A DNA stretch of 64,000 bases from Antedon mediterranea (Eukaryota; Animalia; Echinodermata). The notes under the pieces were generated by a model, which ran no database searches, had not been told where the DNA came from, and was given only the letters and a program-made list of their open reading frames with translations. Positions within the stretch are counted from its first letter, which is position 1; each line of letters opens with the position of its first letter. Both the position numbers and the translations under genes were made by a program. This document shows positions 1 through 11,338 of this stretch, piece by piece. The DNA is taken from NCBI RefSeq assembly GCF_964355755.1, contig NC_092678.1, forward strand, positions 24,135,365 through 24,199,364. The letters run 5' to 3'.

Positions 1-769
1 AGTTTAAAGTTCACATAGCGACCATTCAAGCGTTTTATTTTGCACAGATTAAAAATACAAACAAGTACGCAGTAATTAAAAATGTACAACTACATAGACC
101 TAAACAAAATCATTTTTAATTGCTGAATGTTTTTTCACCCTGCTTTAATTATATTATGTTACTAGTTTTACATTTTTGTACTCTACGAACTATTAAAAAA
201 AAATAAAAAAACATGCGCATGGTTCAGTGGGACCGGGCAAGTTCGTTCGTTTATGATCGCCGAGCATGGTACAATAATTACACGTCCCTGGGATAACTTC
301 AGGTTGCTGAACTTCAGTTAACCCATAAACACGTGTCTGTTCTTGCCGGCCATGCACTACATGCTTGCCGCACAGTTGTGAAACAAAAAATCCGGAATTC
401 GCGAATACGCTAAAAAACTCTCGCGCAAAAGAACACGAACATTATATCGAGCAACAAGTAGTAAGGTCTAGGCTAATAATTTATCTACAGTATTTGATTG
501 GGGATTAGGCCTAAATAAGGAAGCGCCAGTTTTTGTGGAATTCAGATTTTGGGGCATCTATCTAAGCCTTGGTTAGGCCTAGTGGTCGTAGTGTCTACAA
601 GGCTAGGCCTAAGCCTGACGCGATCTATTGCTATTCATTTCGTAAGCGTTTTTTTGTTTTCGCAAATAATAACGGCGACTCCCCGGTCGTACAAGGTTAG
701 GCCTAGACCTGACGCAATTTGTTGTTATTTATTTTCATAATTCTTTATGTTTCGCTAAAATAACGACAA

Positions 770-886
770 CCCCCCCCCCCCCCCCCCCGGGGGGGGGGGG
801 GGGGTGAACACCGGGGTACCCCCCCCCCCCCCCCCTGGGGGGTGTATTTTTGCGACCGGCACTCCAAAAAGCTGGTGACATCCCTG
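770..886. repeat. Poly-C/poly-G tracts ending in a possible DNA-transposon terminus (GGTGACATCCCTG)
   Basis: Long C and G homopolymers at 770-842. The TCCCTG end reads CAGGGA on the - strand, resembling hAT-type TIRs. No partner TIR was found in the window. Confidence 0.35.
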
Positions 887-1324
887 ATTATAATTATTTT
901 AACGCGTGGCGTAGTCATATTTTAATTATTAATTCATGTATGGCATAGGCCAAGTTTCATCCATCGCTCTCTCGCTCAACGACTATCTAGGCTACAGTAA
1001 ATCCCTATAACACTCCGACTCTCCGTGGTGTGGCACTATTATTAGTGCAAGCTATAATTCACTTCCCAGAGCTCTGGACATGCGCAATAGCGTGTCGGAT
1101 TCCCTAACGGTGGGCAGTTGAGTTCCGGTGCCGGAATCCTAACCACGGCGTATTAAATTGACTGCCTGGCCCGGCCCCTCTTAACTAGAATGGTATTCAG
1201 ATAGTAGGCCTAAATAAACATCTGAGCTGACCCTAGGCATGCACCATGTACACAAGGCCATTCTAATTCAAAATTAATAATTAATACTGTAATATTAAAT
1301 AAAATTCAATTCATATTTTTTTAG

Positions 1325-1418
1325 GTCTTTTGTGAAGAACGCTATTTTCTTTTCTGTTGGTGTTTGGCTGGCAAGAAGTTTTGCAGACGTTGATGTGGCT
1401 GCACCACAAGCTATGTAA
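1325..1418 (+). CDS. TOMM6: Mitochondrial import receptor subunit TOM6, last coding exon (first coding exon not confidently located)
   Basis: After the acceptor tttttag, a phase-2 exon reads SFVKNAIFFSVGVWLARSFADVDVAAPQAM*. This matches the TOM6 C-terminus (human NLGLFAAGVWLARNLSDIDLMAPQP, recalled). A GTAAG donor at 1426, just after the stop, implies a 3'UTR intron to an acceptor near 1733. Confidence 0.8.
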
Positions 1419-1843
1419 CTAGGAGGTAAGAGGTTAAAGAGGGTAGGCCTATCTCCACGTTTAAAATATCTATATAATTATAATATTGTTTATTTTAAAA
1501 TACAATGATAAACAATATATAACTTTAAATAAAATAATATTAATAATAACCCCACTTACTTTTCATCAGTGGTAAAGCAGAAATAAGCCTTTTTTAAATA
1601 TTATAATACTACAGCAGGATTCTTTTGTAATGTTATTCACGGAGCTACTACACCCTTTAGTAATAAGGTTGGTGATGTAGCCTTATGTCGTATGTTTGTA
1701 ATGAATTTAATTTAGTGATTTTTTTCTTCTACAGAGTCGACGCGATATGTCTTTGAAAAATTGCCAAGAATCAAAAGAATGTTGAAGATGAAAAACACAT
1801 TTTAAGAAAATGTGAATTGAACCTGTCTCAGACAATATTACTA

Positions 1844-2004
1844 GGAATAAAATGCAGAGTGCTGAGGCTCCTGGTTTAGGAACCCCAAGTGGCCCTCCAA
1901 CGCTGGAGACCTCGAGTGTTTTTAACTTGTATTTTCCTCTGGACACTGCTTAGGGCTCCAATAAGCTCCATGGCCCATGAGCGCTGATAACCATTACGCC
2001 ACTG
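1844..2004. mobile_element. Degenerate hAT-like MITE (sister copy of 2308-2465)
   Basis: Shares the gcagag..gaggc.cctggtttagga body and the TTACGCCACTG right end with the next copy. Flanked by tattacta/tactacta (7/8 match). Confidence 0.55.
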
Positions 2005-2307
2005 TACTACTAATTATTGTCACATGTTAAAGAGTATCAGAGGTTTTGTTACTTTCAGGATTCAGAAGACTATAGCAAGTACTGTATATAATCTTATCAG
2101 AGATGCTGCAGTAACACAAATACAAAGTCAGATCATTACAGCACTGTATATTAATAAAAAACAAAATAAAATAAAACCCATGTGATTTAATACGATGCTG
2201 CGGCAAAATGTTTATAATATTTTTGGATTGAAGTAAGATTAAACTTGACACATTACTACTTTTTTTTTTAATATATGTATTTTGTCTTTATTTTGCTAAC
2301 CTATTCC

Positions 2308-2465
2308 CAGTGGCATAACGCAGAGGTCTGAGGCCCCTGGTTTAGGATCCCTAAGTAGCCTTGGGCATTTTTATCTTTTTTTAACATCCGTTTTTTCTCT
2401 GGGCACTGCTCAGCTCTTGGGCCCCTGGGTTTATCCAGTGAGCGCTCATAGCCTTTATGCCACTG
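2308..2465. mobile_element. hAT-like MITE
   Basis: TIRs CAGTGGCATAA/TTATGCCACTG. The 8-bp TSD cctattcc/cctattac (7/8 match) is the length typical of hAT elements. Confidence 0.75.
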
Positions 2466-2592
2466 CCTATTACATGCTTTACCTTGGTACAGTATACTAT
2501 GAGGCTGTGCCTCCATTGATAAATTTATAACCAACACCTTGACATCACGTTACATTTTGATAAACTTTAATTGTAAAAAAAACAATTCAATT

Positions 2593-4938
2593 TCACCGAA
2601 CAACTTGAGCTTTTCTAAAATTATTAAAATGTTCAAAGTACTGCATGATGGTATCTGAAGGCGTGTAGTTTGCGTCTCTTTTTGCAGTTAGAATCGTTGG
2701 CAGCTGAGGAGTCATATTACCCATAAAGCATTGCATGAATTCCGTCATCAGATTCCAACAGTCTGATATAATAACACACGGTGTGTATTCAACCTGAAAA
2801 GGTAAATGAAAGATGGAATTATAATGTACAATATGGCCATATTACAACTACTGTACATTAATCAAATACTATTACAAATTGCATTGTAATAGATAGACTT
2901 GCACCAAGTCTGTATTATCTTTTTTTTTTATTTATTTGTTTTTATTTCGACCGCGATTTTTGTCTGAAAATACAGACTTGTGAAACACGTATAGAAATCG
3001 ATTTGCAGACCGCAAACATACGATAAGAATGACGTAGGTTATCATACCGTATTTGGCTATATGGGGCGGGCGGTATGTAAATATGGATTTCGAATCAACC
3101 AATGATCATTTTGTTTCAAAATGAAAGAGATCGAGTACGTAGGCCTACCAGTGCTTAATGTACGATCGAGACTGTTGAAATATAAAATAGTAATGCCAAG
3201 TTGTTTTGTTTATTAATTGTTTAGTCCTTGGCCTAGGCCTCTTTCGTAGGTCCTACTCAACTCGCACGTATGACCTGCCAAAGGCCTACATACCAGCGGC
3301 ACACAACAGGGCTACACCACCACACAGAACAGGACAGGGTCTGGGTGGGAATTAAATCAAAATTATCTCCACGTAATAAATGATCCATTCAATGTTTGAT
3401 TTGCGGAGAAGCTAGCCTATCATATATCAAGACGAGTTTTCATGTTTCAAAGATCCCATCAAATGTTTACCAGTACCAGACTACTAGGCATATAAAATAA
3501 TTTCTAGCCTTCAGAACTTTCATAAATGTACCCAAGTACACATTGTCTAAACGTAACATAGCGCATGCGCATCATCTTATTTGTTGAGTCTTTGAAATTC
3601 TTAAATATGAATATTTAAATGGTGTACGAGAGAGTAGCCAATCGCATGCAGCTGAAACTAGTCAACCGGATAATCGTATGCACCAAGAATTCTTGGTGTC
3701 AAACCACGTGACTTGTGCGTGTTTCCCCAGACGGAGTATCCAAAATCAAGTAGTATACGTATGAAACGCCATATGTGCCAAAATATTTATCTTTTAACTA
3801 ATATTAAGACAAAACTCCGTCTGGAACCCAGACTATGTAATAGAGATCAATTTCAATGTGATAAATGTATTGTTCTTGGTCCTCGAGCTTAACTGAAAAC
3901 TGAGGAAATTTGAATTAGGCCCTCCACGGATTCGGGGCAGCCAGCAATGCAGCACACCGGGAGACGATCACCTACTCTTTTTGATACCTACAGTACTCTT
4001 ATAATGGATGCAGTTAGTATTCAATTATGTGTACCTCAACTAATAGTCCTTTTGTGTGTGACCCAACAGACACAATCCCAACTTTGATTATAAAATCTCC
4101 TAGTTCAAATCTTTGTCCTTTTGATTCTATCTTTGGAAGTTTTCGTTGACCATAAAATCCTTTTAATTTTTGCATGATTCCATCAAAGTTGGTGTCACAG
4201 ACGAGGCAGGTTCCAGAATCCGTAACGGCAAAAGCTGATAAGGGGAATTCTGTGTTGTGAATTGAATGAATAACTTTTGATTGTCCTAAAAAAGAAATTT
4301 GATCAATTTAAAATTAATATATTATTTCTTTATATGATGACAGATTATATTACAAATTTGCTTTATTACATTTGATCTGTTATGTAGATGTTTTTTAAAT
4401 AATGCATCTAAAAATAAAATGGAAAAACGGTCAACGGGAAGCACCTTGTGTTTGCGCAATGGCTTGGTACGTCTCGCAGTCGACACAGAATATTCCAGTC
4501 TTGTTCGCTCCCAACAGATCCAAGCGTTTGTTAACATTTTCTACGACTTGCTGAATATTACGATTTTCCGCTATCACCCACTGGCTTATGCTAAAATTTT
4601 TAAAAAATGTTACATTTTTACCAACACAACACGGTAGTAATAATGGTTTTATATCTGTTTTAACTCTTTATTTGTTTATTTGTCCAATTAAAATGGTACC
4701 TGATTCTAATATTGCAATACTATAGTATCAGACCTGCAAAATATGCCATGTTGTGGGGCTAGGCTCAACACCATATCACTTGGTGGTCAGCACACAGGGC
4801 GCGGTTGATTGTTTCAGTGTGAATAAGTTTTCATTTTCCTTCTCTTGCTAGCCTAGGTTAGCCTATTCGATCTAGTGTACTCTGCATGTCTAATACAAGA
4901 ATTACCCTATTATTAAACATTTACCATGTTACTCCCAT
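2593..4938 (-). CDS. MED20: Mediator of RNA polymerase II transcription subunit 20 (4 coding exons)
   Basis: Exons 4938-4925, 4590-4445, 4285-4035 and 2793-2593, all GT-AG with consistent phase. Translation MGVTC-ISQWVIAENRNIQQVVE..IFCVDCETYQ..HNTEFPLSAFAV..DTNFDGIMQKLKGF..VEYTPCVIISDCWNLMTEFMQ..DTIMQYFEHFNNFRK matches recalled human MED20 throughout. Confidence 0.93.
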
Positions 4939-5164
4939 CATAGGATATGTATTAAATAATTGTAATTAACAAATTAACTGTATTTTTGCACAAAATAGGT
5001 CAAAAGTCTAGGGGCAGATATACACTGCTGTTGGATATGATTCATTTGTTTCAATTCTCATCGTTTAAAAAAGTGTTATGCTGTCCTCTATAGTTTCGCC
5101 GGTAAAAATCGCGACAAAAAAGCAACAAAAGTCGTTGCAAAAGTATTGAAAAAAGTACAACAAA
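4939..5164. promoter_or_regulatory. Bidirectional promoter MED20/CPT2
   Basis: Divergent start codons are only ~226 bp apart, with a CpG-containing core at ~5095-5135. Confidence 0.7.
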
Positions 5165-8100
5165 ATGTTAAATATTACTAGAAAATGTCAAGCTGTTCGA
5201 TGTGTAAACAAACTATCTCTCTTACCTAGAGTATCAACCAACTTTAATAATGTGAGTAAGCATAATACTGCAAAAAATACCGTACCCGTTAGTTAGGCCT
5301 GCAACTTCTGATATTAGGCTATCTATATGATTATAAGCCAGCCAGGATAACTCAACTTATGTCGCTGACACTGACAGGCTTTAATTTAAAACCAACAGAG
5401 GCTGGGCCTAGACCTAGACATTCAGGCTTATATTTATTATTCTGGTGTAAATATACTGCAAGTATAAATCTTGGACAGTATAAGAAAGAACTGGAAGAGT
5501 TGAGTTTAGGCCTTGTTTGAAATAATTATATTATTTAATAATTAATATTTATTTTAAAAAGTACATACTTTTATTATTAGTAATAAGTTTTCATTCTCAA
5601 TGCATGGTGATAATGTGACTTTTTTATGTTTATTTTATTTCTAGGTTGTACTTGATTGTCAATTCAACAGGAAGTACAGGTTATGATCAGTTATTTGCAT
5701 TTAAATGATTTATAATAGGCCTGTTATGTTGTTTTTGTACAAAATGCTGTGACATGTTATATTATTTTCCTCAATGTTAATATTTTTAAAAATGTTTCTT
5801 TTTGAATGAACAATTATATTCTACCCTTAAAATAGATTACTAAAAATTCTATTAATTTATTTATTTGCATACCACTATAGATAGGGCATAATGCAACCAT
5901 TTTAAACTTCTATACATATTGCATCGGTTTGTTATGTTTTGAAATACTGCATTTATAATTTAATTAATCTTTAATTTCTTTCTTTAGTTCAAGGGAATTA
6001 AGTGATGCTGATTTCCTACATGAGAGTATCCTGCACACGATGCACTTCCAACGCAGTTTGCCTCGGCTACCAATTCCTAAACTAAACAACACGTGCTCTA
6101 GATACTTAGAATCGCAAAGAGTTATTCTTAACGACGAAGAGTTTAACAAAACGAAAGCCATAGTGGAACAATTTGAAGGCAATGAGGGACAAGGTTGTTA
6201 TGTTTTTCGTCTGTTTATTGCTCCATCTTATAATTACTTTTTGACAATTTGAAGGCAATGAGGGACAAGGTTGTTATGTTTTTCGTCTGTTTATTGCTCC
6301 ATCTTATAATTACTTTTTGACAATTTGAAGCCAATGAGGGACAAGGCTGTTATGTTTTTCGTCTGTTTATTGCTCCATCTTATAACTACTGTTTGAATAC
6401 TACAGTTGTAAGGCATATTGTAGGTCATTTGTAACCTTTTCACTAACTTTTTTTAGTGTTGTGTGACAAAAGGTTGAGTGTTTAATGAAGAATTCGTTTT
6501 ATTGTTTTTATAGCTTTACATAAAGAACTAGTAGCACTTAATAAACAGAACAAACATACAAGTTATATAAGTGGTAAGTATAAGGCTTTTATTTAACATA
6601 TTATTTATCAGTTCATATTCATTTATTTTCCAGAAAACATAATTAACACATAAAAAACAAGTACCATATACAAGTATACACTAACCATGACATAACCAAC
6701 TTTTTTTCTATCATCTTAGGTCCTTGGTTTGATATGTATCTTGAGTCAAGGCTCCCTATCTTGCTGAATTTTAATCCGTATGTTTGTTATAACAATGATA
6801 CTAGACCAGAATATATGGATCAGGTATGGAGCTATGCCAAATGGTTTTCTTATGACCTAAATAAACAATACAGACATATATATATGTCGCACATACTATA
6901 CATACGGTTCTCTAGACTATGTGGATAAAGTGCGATTTATCCATAAATTTGCTAGATTTAATTACCATATTATTTGTTAAATAAACAGGTTATACGATCA
7001 ACAAACTTTATTGTGTCTGCAATGAAATTCATGAAAACTTTACGTGCCAATAAGTTGGACCCAGACATGTATCACTTAAATGCCAAGAAGACCGACAATA
7101 ACAACTTTAGGAGGAAAGCCAAGTAAGATGTACCTTATATATAGTGTAATAGGGAGTTTTCAAATTGTGATGACCTGGAAACAAGCTAGGTCATGTCAAA
7201 CGATGTGTAGTCAGTCGTCTGCACCTAGAAACCAACAAAAATGCATTGAGGGTGGGGAAATTACACTGGGCCACTTGAGACACACCCAGCCCATGACAGG
7301 AATAAATGGCACAAAGTATTAGAATGTGTTTTTTAACGATGATGAAGCGTATTGATATAATGTATGTATATATTTATTGACATCATTTTTTTTCCAGTTG
7401 GATTCCCGGATCTTTGGCAGCTTATTATGCAATAATCAGCAAAGTATTCCCTCTGGATATGAGTCAGTATGGCAAACTGTTTAACTCTACTAGAGTGCCA
7501 AGACAAGGAAGAGATGAACTTGTAACTCATGAGGACGCTAGACACATTCTAGTGGTCCATAACGGCAACTTCTACACGTTTGATGTCATCAATAATGATG
7601 GTAACACATTTTGAGTAGTTTAAAAAAACACTTTTATAAAAATTTCACAATACTCTGTTAAACAAATATAAATCTGTAATTAATAATAATTCAAAGCAAA
7701 GTGAGCAATCTAAAGCTCTGTCTACACTATCAAACTTTATGTAAAAAAAGTGTGATTTGCCCATATATGGACATGATGATGTCATATCCCTACAATATTT
7801 GGGCATATCATATCATTACCATATTTGGTAATTTAGTATCGCATTTTTGTAGACAGAGCTTAAGTCACAAAATACTGTAGAGGATGTAGAAATTGCGAAT
7901 AGAAGCGTAATTATGAAAATGTTTTACTTGCACAGGTGCGGTAGTGTCTGAGCAAGAAATAGCAAGCCATCTGAGACACATTCTCACTGATAGCGCGCCA
8001 CGTCCCGAATATTCCGTAAGTTATCTTACAACTGAGAACCGCGATACATGGGCATCCTTAAGACAACACATGCTGGACGGCAACAGCAAGAATCAGGAGA

Positions 8101-10264
8101 CAATGAAGCTGATAGATGGCGCTGTTTTTTGCTTATGTCTCGATGACTGTGAGCCGACAGAACCTGTAGAATTAACTCGCAGTATGTTGTATGGAGATGG
8201 CGCTAATAGGTAATTTAAATTAATTTTTATTTATTTGGTTTTTCTCTCCTTGGTCATTGTCTAAAGCTCTGTCTACACTAGCAAACTAGTTTGACAAAAA
8301 TGTGCCCAAATATGGTAGTGATATGACATCAAATTTTTTTTGTCACATAAAGTTTGATGGTGTAGACAAGGCATAGTTCACTATTTCTTGTTTGGTATAT
8401 TCATGGAGCTATAAAATTAGATCTAATTTTATAGCTCCATGGTCTATTGTAGTTGTCTCACACAATAGAATTAACCATTGCTTGCCCTATACTTCATGCT
8501 TATAGTTTCCTTAATATTGAGTAGTTGAACTACACACAGTTTAACCATTCCTTGCTGTCTATCTATAACATACACTATCTAATCATTTTTTGTCTCATCT
8601 ATCATAGTTGCATCATAGTACTAGTTCTATTTTTATTATGATTAGTATTAGTACCTTTTAAAATGTCCTATTTTTTTATATACAGGTGGTTTGATAAATC
8701 TTTTCAATTGATCATTGCTAAAAATGGAGTGGCATCCATCAATTTTGAGCATGCATGGGGTGATGGTGTTGCCGTGCTTCGTTTTATCAATGAATCTTTC
8801 AAAGAATCTACTGAGAATGCTGCCCTCAATCCTGGAACTGAGCCAGCAAATATAGACTCTTCACAGACAGTTAGAAAAGTAAGTAAGTTTTGCATATTTT
8901 TTTCATTTTTATCTGTGGAATGATTTATATATATTTAGTAGTATCTTTTACAATTTTGTTTGTGTTTTTTTTTCAGTTGGAATTTGATCTAGATTCAACA
9001 ATGAAGACGGCAATCAAAGATGCAATTGATAAATATAACACATCTACCTCAAAGCTAAATATAGGTGTCAGACAATTTAACAAATTTGGAAAGAACTTTA
9101 TGAAAGCTAACAAATTGAGTCCAGACGCTTTCATGCAATTGTCATTTCAGGTATGAATGTTATGGAACGCCAAACCTGCCAAAAATACATAATACATACT
9201 TTCCATAGAATGTCATTTTCATGATTTATGAAAATTATTATTATTATTTTTATTATTTATTTTAAATTTATTCAATTTCAGATGGGTTACTACAAATTAA
9301 CAGGTGGTAAGGTTGCGAGTACGTACGAGTCTTGTAGCACGGCGGCGTTTAAACATGGCCGAACTGAAACTCTTCGTTCAGCCACCATGGAGACTAAGAA
9401 GTGCTCAGAAGCTTTTCAAGAAGGCTCAGGCGCCAGTGATGCAGATAAGATAAAGTTACTAAAAGCTTGTTCAGATAAACACAATGAAATGACTAAAAAT
9501 GCTGCCATGGGTAAATGTCTCTCTCTTTTTTTCCACGGTCTTCATGTTTTTATACACTTGTAAATGTATAGCCTGTATTGTTCCTTTTCTGAAGCTCTAT
9601 ACTATCAAACTATGTGACAAAAAAATGTGATGTGCCCATATATGGACACAATGATGTCTTATCACTACCATATTTGGGCATATCACTACCATGTTTAGGC
9701 ACCTCACACATTTTTGTCAAACTAGTTTGATAATGTAGACAGAGCTTTAGCGTTGATAACAAATATCATTAAATACCTAACCACATGTGATATTTGACTG
9801 ATATTAACAAGCACACGATCCTTGTTGGTAATTTAAACTTGACATCACACTTTTTTTGTCAAACTAGTTTGATAGTGTAAACATAGCTTAATATTTAAAA
9901 TTCTCAGTTTGTAAACATAAAACAATATCTTTTTTTAGGCCAAGGATTTGATCGTCATCTGTTTGCAATGAAATCCCTTGCTAATAAGAACAAACAATCT
10001 GTAGCCCTATTTGAAGATCCAGCCTACACCAAGATCAATCACATCGTACTGTCCACAAGCACTCTAAGCAGCCCAGCAGTCCTTGCAGGTGGCTTTGCTC
10101 CTGTCGTGCCCAACGGCCTAGGAGTAGGCTACGGAATTAAAGACGATGAGTTGGGATGTAACATCACGTCCTATCCAGATTCTCCAAATGTTGAGGATTT
10201 TCTGGATTGTGTAGAATCTAGTTGGATGGACATGCATCAGGTCTTAGATTCCAAGTCAAGCTGA
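5165..10264 (+). CDS. CPT2: Carnitine O-palmitoyltransferase 2, mitochondrial (12 coding exons)
   Basis: Exons ~5165-5251, 5645-5679, 5988-6193, 6514-6573, 6720-6823, 6989-7122, 7398-7600, 7936-8209, 8686-8878, 8977-9150, 9282-9510, 9939-10264. Motifs: [31 protein letters not shown] (catalytic His), [31 protein letters not shown]. Basic N-terminal presequence. Confidence 0.96.
6169..6390. repeat. 76-bp tandem repeat x3 covering the CPT2 exon-3 end and donor
   Basis: caatttgaag.caatgagggacaag|g.tgttatg... recurs at 6169, 6245 and 6321. Confidence 0.9.
7711..7862. mobile_element. Abundant ~150-bp MITE (PIF/Harbinger-like), representative copy
   Basis: TIR AGCTCTGTCTACACTATCAAACT with internal atcactaccatatttgggc repeats and TA/TAA/TTA flanks. 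Other full or partial copies at ~8262, 9592, 9845, 14037, 26930, 31598, 37292, 37798, 42120, 44196, 54378, 55198, 58497 and 63133. Confidence 0.85.
8402..8441. repeat. Perfect 40-bp palindrome (CATGG...CCATG hairpin insert)
   Basis: CATGGAGCTATAAAATTAGATCTAATTTTATAGCTCCATG is its own reverse complement. Flanks are gtatatt/gtctatt. Confidence 0.9.
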
Positions 10265-10347
10265 ACTTAGTACAGTGAGTCTTAGATTCCAAGTCAAGCT
10301 GATCTTAGTACAATCTTAGATTCCAAGTCAAGCTGAACTTAGTACAG
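10241..10347. repeat. ~36-38 bp tandem repeat x3 spanning the CPT2 stop codon
   Basis: tcttagattccaagtcaagctga.cttagtaca occurs three times. Confidence 0.9.
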
Positions 10348-11338
10348 TCACCAGGTCTTTCACAAATTATACACTTCTGGTACCGAAAATAGTTGATACT
10401 TGTGTATTTACTATATAAATGTACATCCAAATTTGGAATAATTTGTATTTAAAATTATTCACATTCAATCTGTACTGTGTATAATTACACAATATTCCTT
10501 GTGTATAACAATAAAATACTAAGTTTTTCAAGTTAATGCACAAGAATTTTACTTTATAAAATGATTTTTCCAATTTCATATAATGATCCATCATTGAATG
10601 TTGAGACATATTAATAAAATTAATTTCAACAATTGTAAAGAATAATGATTTAAACAGCCATGTCAATCTTTCTCAAGCTGTTGAGAATAAAATTATTTGC
10701 AATATAATTATTAGATTATAGTGTGTATATTAGTCTATAATAAATGTAAGAAATACGTGAACACAATTTGTTAGCTATTTATGAAATATGTTGTTATGGA
10801 ATATGTTGTTTCCAACTTCTCAAGTAAATGCAATAAACCATCCTCATCTACTAAGTATTAGACAATTAAAGTGACAATTAAAGTGACAATTAAAGTGACA
10901 ATTAATAATACATGAAACCATTCCACAAACACAACATTTATTTTAGCACAGTTTATACAGAAGCACCATTTGGCATTGGTTCAATTATGTACAATATTTT
11001 TATAAAATAATTCTTTAATGTGCACGGCATAAAACAGATTAGAAGTTTACGTATCGGTGTAAAATTGTCTTCAAGCAGAGGAGCGCAAGCACGATTTTTT
11101 TTATAAAGGTCTGAAATAATTTTTAAAATAGAAATTTTCCTAGCCGACAGCTTGAAGAAACTACTTTTGTTTTGTACATGGCGTCCAGGTATGAAGACCC
11201 TCTTTTGCCACTGCAAGCAAGTAATGTTTTTGCATTGGTATAATTCAATATAAAATAACAAATGTATCTTATGTTCATTTTAAATAGATATATATACAAT
11301 CTTTTGGAATGTTTCACTTCAGTAATAGGTAAGTCACT

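Noticed and set aside
2689-2801. Plus-strand exon or hammerhead-like CTGAGGA motif
   Set aside because: The region is the minus-strand last exon of MED20, and there is no stem II/GAAA core.
3720-3835. Academ-like mini element (cagacggagt / actccgtctggaacccagacta)
   Set aside because: Only a 10-bp inverted match, with an incomplete left terminus and no TSD.
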